From assembly GCA_963745605.1 (NCBI GenBank), contig CAVUYC010000012.1, positions 63,050-127,049 of the forward strand: DNA of 64,000 bases. The letters are read 5' to 3'. Each line of letters opens with the position of its first letter. Position 1 is the first letter of the stretch. The DNA is from an uncultured Chloroflexia bacterium (lineage in GTDB: Bacteria; Chloroflexota; Dehalococcoidia; Dehalococcoidales; UBA2162). The position numbers and the translations under genes are program-made. A model generated the notes under the pieces. The model searched no databases and had not been told where the DNA came from. It saw only the letters and a list, made by a program, of their open reading frames with translations. This document shows, piece after piece, positions 38,214-47,885 of this stretch.

Positions 38214-39563
38214 CTACAAAATCGGATAGTACTTTTCCAGCTCATACCCGGTGACCTGAACCCTGTACTGGTCCCATTCAATCCTCTTATTCTTCACGAA
38301 AGCGTCGAAAAGGTGGTCGCCGAGAGTCTCACGCATTAACTTGCTATTCTCGAAAAGCTGAAGCGCCTCCTGAAGGCTGCCGGGAAGCTGACCAATGCCT
38401 CGCCTGTTTCTTTCTGCCTCGCTCATGTGGTATACGTTTTCTTCCACGGGTGGGGGCAGTTCCAGCCCTTCCTTTATTCCCGCCAGGCCGGCGGCTAGAA
38501 GTACGCTGAAGCACAGGTATGGGTTGGCGGCGGGATCGGGAGAGCGTATCTCAAATCTTGTCTCTTTTTCGCCACCAACCTTGTAGTTCGGCAGCCTGAT
38601 CAAGTCAGAGCGATTCCGTTGTGCCCAGGACAGGTACACCGGAGCCTCATATCCCGGAACAAGTCGCTTGTATGAATTGACCCACTGGCTCGTTACTGCG
38701 GTGAACTCAGGCGCATACTTCAGCAGTCCCGCCAGAAAGCTTCCACCAATCTTCGACAGATAATATTTCGATTTGGGATCAAAGAACGCATTCGAGTCTC
38801 CACGGAAGAGTGACTGATGGACGTGCATGCCGCTTCCATTGATGCCGAAGACTGGCTTTGGCATGAACGTCGCGTACACGCCATGCATCAGAGCGATCTG
38901 CTTGACTACCAGTCGGTAAGTCATCACGTTATCGGCCATGGTCAGAGCATCGTCGTAGCGCATGTCAATCTCATGCTGGCTGATGGCAACTTCATGGTGC
39001 GACTTGTCAACAGCTATGCCCAATTCCTCCAACGCCAGTACGGTGTCTCGTCTCAAATCATGCGCCGCGTCATGGGGGTCCATATCGAAATAACCGCCAT
39101 TATCGAGCGGTTCGGTCCCCTTGTTGTCCTTGAAGTAGAAGTACTCCAGCTCGGGACCCACGTAGTAAATGTATCCGAGATCAGCAGCCTTCTTCAGATT
39201 TCGCTTCAAAACATACCGAGGGTCGCCATCGAAGGGGACCAGTTCGGGCGTGTATACGTCGCAGATCATCCTCGCGACCGGTCCATACTCTCTGGGCCTC
39301 CATGGAAGCAGCTGAAAAGTATCTGGGTCTGGCATCGCGATCATATCGCTTTCGTCGATGCGGACAAATCCTTGAATGGATGATCCGTCAAAACCGACCC
39401 CGTCCTCGAGGGCTCCCTCGAGTCCCTCTACTGGAATGGCAAAACTCTTCAGAAAACCCAGGATGTCGGTGAACCACAGTCGGACGAACTTAACGCCTTG
39501 TTCCTTGGCGGTCTTCAGGACATAGGCCTTGGCTTCTTTAGCGCTTTTCTCGGGGAGAGGCAT
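38214..39563 (-). CDS. glnA: glutamine synthetase type I
   Basis: 449 aa; ...FVRLWFTDILGFLKSF...FDGSSIQGF...GSGMHVHQSLF...NSYKRLVPGYEAP... Confidence 0.93.
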   Translation of the reverse strand: MPLPEKSAKEAKAYVLKTAKEQGVKFVRLWFTDILGFLKSFAIPVEGLEGALEDGVGFDGSSIQGFVRIDESDMIAMPDPDTFQLLPWRPREYGPVARMICDVYTPELVPFDGDPRYVLKRNLKKAADLGYIYYVGPELEYFYFKDNKGTEPLDNGGYFDMDPHDAAHDLRRDTVLALEELGIAVDKSHHEVAISQHEIDMRYDDALTMADNVMTYRLVVKQIALMHGVYATFMPKPVFGINGSGMHVHQSLFRGDSNAFFDPKSKYYLSKIGGSFLAGLLKYAPEFTAVTSQWVNSYKRLVPGYEAPVYLSWAQRNRSDLIRLPNYKVGGEKETRFEIRSPDPAANPYLCFSVLLAAGLAGIKEGLELPPPVEENVYHMSEAERNRRGIGQLPGSLQEALQLFENSKLMRETLGDHLFDAFVKNKRIEWDQYRVQVTGYELEKYYPIL

Positions 39564-39692
39564 AGGTCCTCCTCACGTTTCCGGAATGCCGGAATTATAT
39601 CATATAGACACGCCGCGTCCTTAAGGTCTGGCCAGCATCGAGCAATCCACATCTCTTCTATGGGTTGGTTCTGCCAAGTCTGCAGCGCATAA

Positions 39693-39730
39693 GACAGAGG
39701 AGGGCACCCTTGAGGGTGCCCTCCTCTGTC
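39693..39730 (-). terminator. 16-bp GC-rich hairpin downstream of glnK (terminator or attenuator; weak U-tract)
   Basis: GACAGAGGAGGGCACC (39693-39708) / GGTGCCCTCCTCTGTC (39715-39730), 6-nt loop; only TTAT follows on the minus strand. Confidence 0.5.
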
Positions 39731-39836
39731 GCAGATCTGAACAGGCCCAGATGTCGTAATAAAGATAGAACTCGTAAGGGTGATGGCGTAGCGCCACTGC
39801 CTCATATTCGACTTTGATTTTTAGGATGAGTGCCGT

Positions 39837-40208
<372 letters not shown>

Positions 40209-41441
40209 CTATGGGAGACCTCCGTAAGCTCTTTCACCGTGCTGAGATATGTCCAGACCGACCCTCTCTTCGACTTCGTTGACTCTCAGGCCGATGGTTG
40301 CCTTGACGGCCTGCGCCAGAAGCCAACTAGCTCCAAAAGAGTACGCCCACACCACCGCTACCGCGACGAACTGCTTGCCAAGAAGCGCGACGTTGCCCCC
40401 TATCAGACCGTTTGCCCCAGCAGAGTTTACGGACGCCAGGGCGAAGATCCCGGTAGCGATGGCTCCCCATGTTCCACCCATCCCATGGCAGGCCCAAACA
40501 TCGAGTGACTCATCCACGCCCATCTTCCTTGCACGAAAGACCATCAGGTAGTAAGAGATGAGCGACGCGATCGCACCGATCGGAATGCCGGCCCAGGGGG
40601 GGACGAACCCCGCCCCAGGGGTGATCGCAACCAACCCCACGACAGCTCCGGTAACGGTGCCGAGTAAAGATGGCCTCTTGTGAAACCAGCTCAGGAGCAT
40701 CCATGTGAAAGCAGCGGCAGCGGCAGCGGTGTTGGTAGCCACGAAGGCACTCGAGGCAAGGCCGCCCGCTGTAAGAGCGCTGCCTGCATTAAAGCCGAAC
40801 CAGCCAAACCACAACAGGGCCGCGCCGAGAACGACCATGCCTATGTTGTGAGGTTCCATGGCATCTTTCTTGTAGCCCTTTCGCGGACCGAGCACCATGG
40901 CCAGAGCCAGGGCTGCTACGCCGGCGTTAATGTGGACAACCGTTCCACCTGCAAAATCAAGGGCCCCTAGCTTGGACAGCCAGCCTCCTGACGCCCACAC
41001 CCAATGCGCCACCGGGGCGTACACTAGCGTTAGCCACAGGCCAGCAAACACCATCAAAGCGCTGAACTTCACCCTCTCCACCACCGCGCCTGTGAAAAGC
41101 GCAACGGTGATAATGGCAAACATGCCCTGGTACATCATGAACGCCAGATGAGGCACTGTAGTCGCGTACGTGGACGAGGGACTCTGGCCTACGTTAGCAA
41201 GGCCAAACCAGTCCAGGCCCCCTATTATCCCTGCCTTGTCCGGACCGAAGCTGAGACTATACCCATACAAAACCCAGAGCAGGCCCACCATCGCCAGAAT
41301 CGCGAAGCTCATCATGATGGTGGAAAGCGCATTCTTCCGCCTTACCATCCCGCCGTAGAAGAGGGCAAGGCCGGGAGTCATTAGCATCACCAACGCAGCG
41401 GACATCAAGATCCAGGCAGTATCGCCCGAGTTGATACCCAT
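40209..41441 (-). CDS. amt: ammonium transporter (copy 2, linked to glnK)
   Basis: 410 aa; MGINSGDTAWILMSAALVMLMTPGLALFYGGMVRRKN...DFAGGTVVHINAG... Confidence 0.93.
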   Translation of the reverse strand: MGINSGDTAWILMSAALVMLMTPGLALFYGGMVRRKNALSTIMMSFAILAMVGLLWVLYGYSLSFGPDKAGIIGGLDWFGLANVGQSPSSTYATTVPHLAFMMYQGMFAIITVALFTGAVVERVKFSALMVFAGLWLTLVYAPVAHWVWASGGWLSKLGALDFAGGTVVHINAGVAALALAMVLGPRKGYKKDAMEPHNIGMVVLGAALLWFGWFGFNAGSALTAGGLASSAFVATNTAAAAAAFTWMLLSWFHKRPSLLGTVTGAVVGLVAITPGAGFVPPWAGIPIGAIASLISYYLMVFRARKMGVDESLDVWACHGMGGTWGAIATGIFALASVNSAGANGLIGGNVALLGKQFVAVAVVWAYSFGASWLLAQAVKATIGLRVNEVEERVGLDISQHGERAYGGLP

Positions 41442-41488
41442 CTTTGCTAAACCTCCTCCTTCTTATATTTCTACTATGCGGTTGGTAT

Positions 41489-41526
41489 GTTTCTGACTCA
41501 TTTCGAGCGTGTTACGCCCGGGTTAA
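41489..41526 (-). promoter_or_regulatory. four direct pentamers with exact 11-bp phasing upstream of amt copy 2 (candidate OmpR/GlnR-type box array)
   Basis: Sense strand TTAAC-ccgggc-GTAAC-acgctc-GAAAT-gagtca-GAAAC (plus-strand pentamers at 41522, 41511, 41500, 41489); lies in the 96-bp amt-amt spacer. Confidence 0.5.
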
Positions 41527-41537
41527 AGTTCCAGGCG

Positions 41538-42773
41538 CTAAGGAACCGGGCCGGAGAACGTCTCACCGTGCTGGGAAATATCTAGCCCAACACGCTCCTC
41601 GACCTCGTTCACTCTGAAACCCACCACTGCCTTAAGTGCAGTGGCAAGCACCCATGTCATGCCAAATGAAAATGCAGCGATTACGCCCACTCCGACTAGT
41701 TGCTTCCATAGCAATGCACTTCCGCCAGATATCAACCCGTTGGCCCCGGCTGGGTTAACCGCTACTGTGGCGAAGATTCCGACAGCTATGACTCCCCACG
41801 CTCCTCCTATTCCATGGCAGGCCCAAACGTCGAGGGACTCATCCACACCCATCCGTTTCGCTCTGAACAACATCACGTGATATGAGAGGAGCGCCGCGAC
41901 CACTCCTATGGGCAACCCCGCCCAGGGTTGGATAAACCCCGCCGCCGGTGTGACCGCTGCCAGGCCTACTACAGCCCCGGTAGCCGCTCCCAGTAGGGAC
42001 GGTCTCCTGTGAAACCAGGACAAAAGCATCCAAGTCAGGCCCGCGGCCGCGCCAGCGGTATTGGTGGCCACAAACGCACTCGAGGCAAGGCCACCGGCAG
42101 TGAGCGTGCTTCCAGCATTGAATCCGAACCATCCGAACCACAGCAGGGCCGCCCCGAGCACTACCATCGCTATGTTGCTCGGCTCCATCGGTTCTCTCTC
42201 GCGGAAACCTTTTCGAGGACCGAGGACAATGGCGAGTGCCAGAGCGGAGACACCCGCATTCACATGCACTACCAGCCCGCCGGCAAAGTCGAGCGCGCCG
42301 AGCTTGCCCAACCACCCACCAGACCCCCAGACCCAATGCGCCACAGGGGCGTACACAAAGGTGAGCCAAAGAATAGCAAATACCATCAACGAGCTGAACC
42401 TGATTCTCTCAACTACCGCTCCAGTGAAGAGGGCAACCGTGATGATCGCAAACATGGCCTGATAGATCATGAAAGCTAGGTGAGGCACCGTGGTCGCGTA
42501 GACAGTCGACGGCGATTGACCTACGTTGACTAACCCGAACCAGTCGAGGCCTCCAATAATACCTCCCTTATCCGGGCCGAAACTGATGCTATATCCGTAG
42601 ATTACCCAAAGGACTCCTATCAGAAGCATGATGGCAAAGCTCATCATGATCGTTGATAAGACATTCTTCCGACGGACCATGCCTCCATAGAAAAATGCCA
42701 GCCCCGGCGTCATGAGCATGACCAGCGCCGACGAGGTCAGAATCCATGCGGTATCCCCGGCGTTAATCCCCAC
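41538..42773 (-). CDS. amt: ammonium transporter (copy 1)
   Basis: 411 aa, GTG start after GGAGGA; MGINAGDTAWILTSSALVMLMTPGLAFFYGGMVRRKN...; close paralog of copy 2. Confidence 0.93.
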   Translation of the reverse strand: MGINAGDTAWILTSSALVMLMTPGLAFFYGGMVRRKNVLSTIMMSFAIMLLIGVLWVIYGYSISFGPDKGGIIGGLDWFGLVNVGQSPSTVYATTVPHLAFMIYQAMFAIITVALFTGAVVERIRFSSLMVFAILWLTFVYAPVAHWVWGSGGWLGKLGALDFAGGLVVHVNAGVSALALAIVLGPRKGFREREPMEPSNIAMVVLGAALLWFGWFGFNAGSTLTAGGLASSAFVATNTAGAAAGLTWMLLSWFHRRPSLLGAATGAVVGLAAVTPAAGFIQPWAGLPIGVVAALLSYHVMLFRAKRMGVDESLDVWACHGIGGAWGVIAVGIFATVAVNPAGANGLISGGSALLWKQLVGVGVIAAFSFGMTWVLATALKAVVGFRVNEVEERVGLDISQHGETFSGPVP

Positions 42774-42856
42774 TTGACGTCCTCCAATAATTCACGAGTT
42801 GAGCCAATACGAGCTTTCGGCAGCAAAACACGAAACAACAAGCATATTGCGAAAAT

Positions 42857-42883
42857 GTTTCAGATATGTTTCGTGCACGTTAA
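42857..42883 (-). promoter_or_regulatory. three direct pentamers with 11-bp phasing upstream of amt copy 1
   Basis: Sense strand TTAAC-gtgcac-GAAAC-atatct-GAAAC (plus-strand pentamers at 42879, 42868, 42857); aligns with the promoter-proximal three of the amt copy 2 array, both followed by AT. Confidence 0.5.
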
Positions 42884-42886
42884 ATA

Positions 42887-42924
42887 GAAGCGGGGGCAAC
42901 TCAACCAGGAGTTGCCCCCGCTTC
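42887..42924 (-). terminator. strong hairpin terminator directly after the response-regulator stop codon
   Basis: GAAGCGGGGGCAACTC (42887-42902) / GAGTTGCCCCCGCTTC (42909-42924), 16-bp perfect stem, 6-nt loop, followed on the minus strand by TATTTAA. Confidence 0.7.
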
Positions 42925-42928
42925 TGCA

Positions 42929-43612
42929 CTAATGAGGGTCAAAATTTAGCTGTCGGCGCGGCAAACGGTAGCCGATATTCCGAACCGTCTCGATAAACGA
43001 GTGTGTGGGATCTTCTATCTTGCTTCTCAATCGTCGGATGTGCACGTCCACAGTTCGATCGCCTCCGAAATAGTCGAACCCCCACACTTTGTCCAACAGC
43101 ATTTCGCGTGTGCACACTCGGCCCTGATTGATAATCAGAAACTTCAGAAGTTCGTATTCCTTAAAAGTAAGTACAATTGGTCGATCGCCGACGAAGACCT
43201 CGCACCGTGCCTGGTCAATCCTGAGATCTCCGCAGACCAACTCTTGCTCGCTTAACGCGTTCGATGTGTGCAGGAGCCGTTTTACCCTGAGCTGCACTTC
43301 GTCGATGTTGATGGGCTTGGTGGCGAAGTCGTCGATCTTGCTGAATTGGCCGTTTGCTCGGCCTAGCAGGTCCCCGCGCACGACTCCCAGGATGGGCAAT
43401 CCGCTGTCTCCTTTGATCTCCGAAGACAGCTCCGATACCCTGGAATAGCTGTCACTCTCAATGATCACCAAATCAGGCTCCTGCCCACCACGCCAGTCTG
43501 TTAACGATCCGTCATCGAGAGCAAAGGCACATGTGTAACCGCTCTGGGAGAGATAACGTGTTAGCATCTCCCCACTGGCTCTATCCTGAGCAATAATGGA
43601 GACTCTGACCAA
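42929..43612 (-). CDS. orphan OmpR/PhoB-family response regulator with aspartate-less receiver domain (GlnR-like by context)
   Basis: 227 aa; winged helix LTFKEYELLKFLIINQGRVCTREMLLDKVWGFDYFGGDRTVDVHIRRLRSKI...VRNIGYRL; receiver has IIAQDRA (no DD), PDLVIIESD (Glu at the phospho-Asp position), ILGVVRG (no Thr/Ser), ATKP retained. Confidence 0.85.
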   Translation of the reverse strand: MVRVSIIAQDRASGEMLTRYLSQSGYTCAFALDDGSLTDWRGGQEPDLVIIESDSYSRVSELSSEIKGDSGLPILGVVRGDLLGRANGQFSKIDDFATKPINIDEVQLRVKRLLHTSNALSEQELVCGDLRIDQARCEVFVGDRPIVLTFKEYELLKFLIINQGRVCTREMLLDKVWGFDYFGGDRTVDVHIRRLRSKIEDPTHSFIETVRNIGYRLPRRQLNFDPH

Positions 43613-43620
43613 TTGCCCCC

Positions 43621-44379
43621 CTAATAGGCGTAAAGACGCCCGTAAGGTCGCAGATACTTTGGCGTAAGTTTGATGTACTTGTCCCCGAGTATCTTGTTCG
43701 TGTCGAGTCCGAAGTGCGCTCCGTACTCGGCAAGTAGCCCGTTGAGCACCTCGCGATCGCCGTCGTCTAGGCTGCCCATGCCAACTTCCTTGCCGACCTG
43801 ATAGTCGTCTACTGTGCCCCGGATGTAGATGACCCCGGCGTGCATCCCCGTGCCTATAAAGTCGGCTTTGTGATGCATGGACCCATTCAAAGTGAGACCA
43901 AGCAGGACCAATACGCCTCCCGCCATGTACTCACCGGCGAAGTCCTGCGCCGTTCCACCAACCACCACTATTGGCTTCTTGCCTCTGTACTCTTTCATGT
44001 GGATGGCAGCTCGATATCCCACGTTGTCACGCACGAAGATCTTGCCACCGCGAGCCGACATGCCTATGATGTCCCCCGCATGGCCCTCTATCACAATCTC
44101 TCCCTCGTTCATTGTGTTGCCACATCCGTCCTGAGCGTTGCCATGAACAGTGATCCGGGGCCCATTCATAAACATGCCAAGGTCGTTTCCGGGAGTACCT
44201 TGAATATCAATCGTTACGGGGCGGTCAAGATCTGTACCGATATAGCGCTGCCCGCAGACATTCTTTAGCTCGATGATATCGATGCCACGGGACACAGCAT
44301 CTCGCAGCTTCGTATTGAGGTCTTTGAACAGGAGGCCACAGGCATCCACAGTGACTCTGGTTTCAACAGTCGTCTTCAT
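43621..44379 (-). CDS. glutamate synthase GXGXG-domain subunit (GltB C-terminal domain as a separate protein)
   Basis: 252 aa; beta-helix repeats ...IQGTPGNDLGMFMNGPRITVHGNAQDGCGNTMNEGEIVIEGHAGDIIG... Confidence 0.85.
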   Translation of the reverse strand: MKTTVETRVTVDACGLLFKDLNTKLRDAVSRGIDIIELKNVCGQRYIGTDLDRPVTIDIQGTPGNDLGMFMNGPRITVHGNAQDGCGNTMNEGEIVIEGHAGDIIGMSARGGKIFVRDNVGYRAAIHMKEYRGKKPIVVVGGTAQDFAGEYMAGGVLVLLGLTLNGSMHHKADFIGTGMHAGVIYIRGTVDDYQVGKEVGMGSLDDGDREVLNGLLAEYGAHFGLDTNKILGDKYIKLTPKYLRPYGRLYAY

Positions 44380-44380
44380 T

Positions 44381-45886
44381 CTAGTCCCCTACCATTCTTA
44401 CACCGAGGATGTCGAGCTCTTTATCACTTAAGCCGATCCCCCTGAGATGAAGCCGGTTCCCCCGCAGACTCTCGATGGCGTTCACCCCGAGTCCTCCCAG
44501 GATATCCTTGAGTTCCAGGCTCCAGCCCCTGAGCAACCCGGCAAGTCTGCGTGAACTGATCTCAGGGTTCAAACGCTTTCCGAGAAATAGGTCGCTTGTC
44601 GATATGCCCCAGGCGCATTTTCCGGTGTGGCATTGCTGACAGATGGTACATCCCATAGCCACCAACGCGGCCGTACCGATGTTGACGGCGTCTGCGCCAA
44701 GTGCAATTGCTTTCGCAACATCACCTGCGCTTCTGATGCCCCCGGAGATTACGATGGACGCCTGGTTCCGTATGCCTTCTTGTCTCAACCTGGTGTCCAC
44801 CGCTGCGAGTGCCATTTCGATGGGAATCCCCACGTTATCGCGGATTACCTTTGGCGCCGACCCAGTCGCGCCCCTGAGACCGTCAAGCACGATTATGTCG
44901 GCTCCGGCCCTGACCATTCCGCTGGCAATTGCCGCCGAGTTGTGCACCGCAGCAATTTTCACCGAGATGGGTTTCGTGTAATTCGTGGCTTCCTTCAGAG
45001 CGAAGATGAGCTGAGCCAAATCCTCGATCGAATATATATCATGTTGAGGTGCAGGAGACAGGGCATCGGTTCCCTTGGGTATCATGCGAACAGCCGATAC
45101 TTCAGCGCTTACCTTTTCTCCTGGCAAATGTCCGCCTATGCCCGGCTTGGCTCCCTGGCCGATCTTGATTTCCACAATTCTGCCAGCGTCGAGGTACTCC
45201 TGATGCACTCCGAACCTACCCGATGCCACTTGAACGATAGTGTTCTGGGCATACTTGTAGAGGCTCGGATGAAGCCCACCCTCTCCGGTATTCCACATTG
45301 TTCCCATCTCTGTGGCGGCCCTGGCCAGCGACTCCTGAGCGTTTAGACTGACGGCGCCGTAAGACATGGCCGAGAACATCACGGGCACCAGCAGCTTCAC
45401 CTGGGGGGCAATATTCGTTTTTAGACTCACCCCGTCCAACCCCACCTCCACCCTGTCCGGCTTCCTGCCCAGGTAAGTAGTCAACTCCATGGGTTCCCGA
45501 AGAGGATCAATCGAGGGATTGGTAACCTGACTGGCGTTAAGGACCAGGTGGTCCCAGTACACCTTCTGACCCTTGTCATCACCCATGCCGGTCAGCAGCA
45601 CGCCACCAGTCTCGGCCTGCTTGATGATGTCTTCGATATACTCCGGTCGCCAGTTGTCATTCTGCCTGTAGGCGAGCTCGTTCTTTTTTATGTTCAACGC
45701 TTTCGTAGGGCAGAAAAGGACGCATCGATGGCACCCTACACAATTACCCTCGTTGCTCTTGACCTCGTCGTCATCAGCATCGTAGTAGTGCGTCTCAAAG
45801 CTGCATTGGTTCACGCAGACTTTGCACCGGATGCACCTCTCTTTGTTCCGCTCAACTTCGAATCGGCCTGGCAAATAGGTCTTCAT
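44381..45886 (-). CDS. glutamate synthase FMN/synthase-domain subunit with N-terminal 2x[4Fe-4S] ferredoxin domain
   Basis: 501 aa; CIRCKVCVNQC...CVGCHRCVLFCP, then ...MSYGAVSLNAQESLARAA...NTGEGG...KIGQGAKPGIGGHLPG... Confidence 0.88.
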   Translation of the reverse strand: MKTYLPGRFEVERNKERCIRCKVCVNQCSFETHYYDADDDEVKSNEGNCVGCHRCVLFCPTKALNIKKNELAYRQNDNWRPEYIEDIIKQAETGGVLLTGMGDDKGQKVYWDHLVLNASQVTNPSIDPLREPMELTTYLGRKPDRVEVGLDGVSLKTNIAPQVKLLVPVMFSAMSYGAVSLNAQESLARAATEMGTMWNTGEGGLHPSLYKYAQNTIVQVASGRFGVHQEYLDAGRIVEIKIGQGAKPGIGGHLPGEKVSAEVSAVRMIPKGTDALSPAPQHDIYSIEDLAQLIFALKEATNYTKPISVKIAAVHNSAAIASGMVRAGADIIVLDGLRGATGSAPKVIRDNVGIPIEMALAAVDTRLRQEGIRNQASIVISGGIRSAGDVAKAIALGADAVNIGTAALVAMGCTICQQCHTGKCAWGISTSDLFLGKRLNPEISSRRLAGLLRGWSLELKDILGGLGVNAIESLRGNRLHLRGIGLSDKELDILGVRMVGD

Positions 45887-45895
45887 GGTTCTTCC

Positions 45896-46672
45896 TTAGG
45901 TCCTCACTGGAATGCCCCTCTGGGCAAGGTACTCTTTTGTCTGTTTGATTGAGTAAGTGCCGTAGTGAAATATGCTCGCCGCAAGCACAGCGTCCGCCTT
46001 GCCAGCGACTACCGCCTGGTAGAGGTCTTCGGGAGTTCCCGCCCCGCCGCTGGCGACGACCGGCACCGTGACGCTTTCGGATATTGCTTTAAGAAGCTCA
46101 AGATCATACCCTGCTTTCGTTCCGTCAGCGTCGATGCTATTCACCACTATCTCGCCCGCTCCGAGTTGGACTGCCTTCTGAGCCCACTCAACAGCATCCA
46201 GTCCTGTGCCTCGGCCCCCGTCGGCGCCCGTGTAAATGAAGACCTCCCAACGGGTGGGATCCAAACCTGGAACTCGCTTGGCATCCATCCCGAGTACTAT
46301 GCACTGACTTCCAAAATGTCTGGCTCCGTCACGTATAAGTTCAGGAGTGCGCACTGCGGCCGTGTTGATAGACACTTTGTCAGCACCTGCCTCAAGCATT
46401 CGCCGCATATCGTCGACAGATCTTAGTCCGCCACCCACCGTCAGGGGAATGAATATCTGCCTGGCCGTCCTCTCCACAACATCCATCATGATCGGTCTGT
46501 AGTCACTGGAAGCCGTGATGTCATAGAACACAAGCTCATCGGCACCTTCCTCGTAATAATGCGCCGCCAGCTCAACGGGGTCTCCGGCATCTCGGTGTCC
46601 CTTGAATTGCACTCCTTTTACTACCCTGCCGCCCTTGACATCAAGGCAGGGAATGATGCGTTTTGTAAGCAC
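45896..46672 (-). CDS. hisF: imidazole glycerol phosphate synthase cyclase subunit HisF
   Basis: GTG at 46672 overlapping the upstream stop (TAGTG): (M)[54 protein letters not shown]...SINTAAV...VASGGAG...AASIFHYG. Confidence 0.9.
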   Translation of the reverse strand: MLTKRIIPCLDVKGGRVVKGVQFKGHRDAGDPVELAAHYYEEGADELVFYDITASSDYRPIMMDVVERTARQIFIPLTVGGGLRSVDDMRRMLEAGADKVSINTAAVRTPELIRDGARHFGSQCIVLGMDAKRVPGLDPTRWEVFIYTGADGGRGTGLDAVEWAQKAVQLGAGEIVVNSIDADGTKAGYDLELLKAISESVTVPVVASGGAGTPEDLYQAVVAGKADAVLAASIFHYGTYSIKQTKEYLAQRGIPVRT

Positions 46673-47808
46673 TATCCTATCCTGCTTATCGCAGCCTCCG
46701 GTGTGACCAGCGGACGCTTCAGGCTGCCGATAATCGGTTCGCCGCCAGTCGGACTCCACGACTTGTCCAAATCTGGACAAATCAGCCTTATCGCCGACTC
46801 TTCCGACGAAAGGAAGAGCACTTGACCCTTGACCCCCACCGTCAATGGCCGCAGCCTGATACGGTCAGTAAGTCCGATCATCTCTCCTTCATGGGCGATG
46901 ATTATAGTGAACGGACCATTCATGAGAAGGCTTGCGTAGACCTGCCTCAACGCTCGGACCAGCGCCTTCTCCTTTTCCGGCATTCGCTCGATCGCATCCC
47001 ACAGGGGAGGGGCGAATACCTTCGCTACCAGCTCAATCGGCAAGTTATGTCTTCGCACAAGCAGATCCACAGCGTACGCCAGCACTTCAGTATCGGTCTG
47101 CATGGTGCACACATATCCAAACTGCTCGAGATATCTCCTGTTGATCCCGTAGGACGAAATCTCGCCGTTATGAACTACGGTCCAATCGAGGATTGAAAAT
47201 GGGTGCGCGCCCCCCCACCAGCCTGGGGTGTTCGTCGGAAAGCGGCCGTGGGTAGTCCACAGATACCCCTCGTACTCCTCCAGTCTGAAATAATCGGCAA
47301 TCTCCTCCGGATACCCCACTCCCTTGAAGACACCCATGTTCTTTCCACTTGAAAACACAAAGCTGTCCTCAAGTTTGGTGTTGATCTGCATCACTTTTTC
47401 CACGACATAGTCGTCCGCCGATCTGCCCTCTAGCTTGATGGGCGGGATGTCGAGGAAGTAGCGCCGCACGACCGGACCGATTGGTATCGCCGCAGTTGGT
47501 CTCGTTGGTATTTCTTGAGCATCGACGACACGGAATTGGCTCTTGAGAAAATTCTCCGTGGCGTCCTGCCCGGCCTCGCTCGAGAACATGATATGAAATG
47601 CATAAAGGTCCGCGTGTTCCGGGTAAAGACCGTACACAGCGAAACCACCACCCAGCCCGTTTCCTCGAAAATGCATGTTTGCGATCGCTTTGATCACGCC
47701 CTCGCCAGAAAACCTCTTGCCCGAGGTGTCCATAGCCCCGAAGAGCGAACAGGCATCGATTACTTTCTCGTCATCATTCGGATTGCTGATTATGCGCAGG
47801 TCTTTCAT
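46672..47808 (-). CDS. class II glutamine amidotransferase subunit (GltB N-terminal domain as a separate protein)
   Basis: 378 aa; ...[42 protein letters not shown]...[21 protein letters not shown]...[10 protein letters not shown]; the nucleophile Cys is preceded by about 19 aa (propeptide or mis-set start). Confidence 0.8.
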   Translation of the reverse strand: MKDLRIISNPNDDEKVIDACSLFGAMDTSGKRFSGEGVIKAIANMHFRGNGLGGGFAVYGLYPEHADLYAFHIMFSSEAGQDATENFLKSQFRVVDAQEIPTRPTAAIPIGPVVRRYFLDIPPIKLEGRSADDYVVEKVMQINTKLEDSFVFSSGKNMGVFKGVGYPEEIADYFRLEEYEGYLWTTHGRFPTNTPGWWGGAHPFSILDWTVVHNGEISSYGINRRYLEQFGYVCTMQTDTEVLAYAVDLLVRRHNLPIELVAKVFAPPLWDAIERMPEKEKALVRALRQVYASLLMNGPFTIIIAHEGEMIGLTDRIRLRPLTVGVKGQVLFLSSEESAIRLICPDLDKSWSPTGGEPIIGSLKRPLVTPEAAISRIG

Positions 47809-47885
47809 TTCGTGCTCCGATTTACCTCACCGGTAGGCCTTGGCGTGAGAAATGCTTCCCTATCGACCCTGGCCTTCTCGTCCGG

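Noticed and set aside
39564-39692. GlnR-like phased pentamers, or a glutamine riboswitch, upstream of glnA
   Set aside because: Only a single GAAAC is present, 17 nt from the ATG, with no boxes at 11-bp intervals and no glnA-RNA-like conserved motifs. There is only a TATAAT with a weak -35, plus an ATTCCGG direct repeat of unclear meaning.
39515-39805. 96-aa minus-strand ORF between glnK and glnA
   Set aside because: It runs through the 16-bp hairpin and the glnA promoter/RBS region, with no RBS and no motif.
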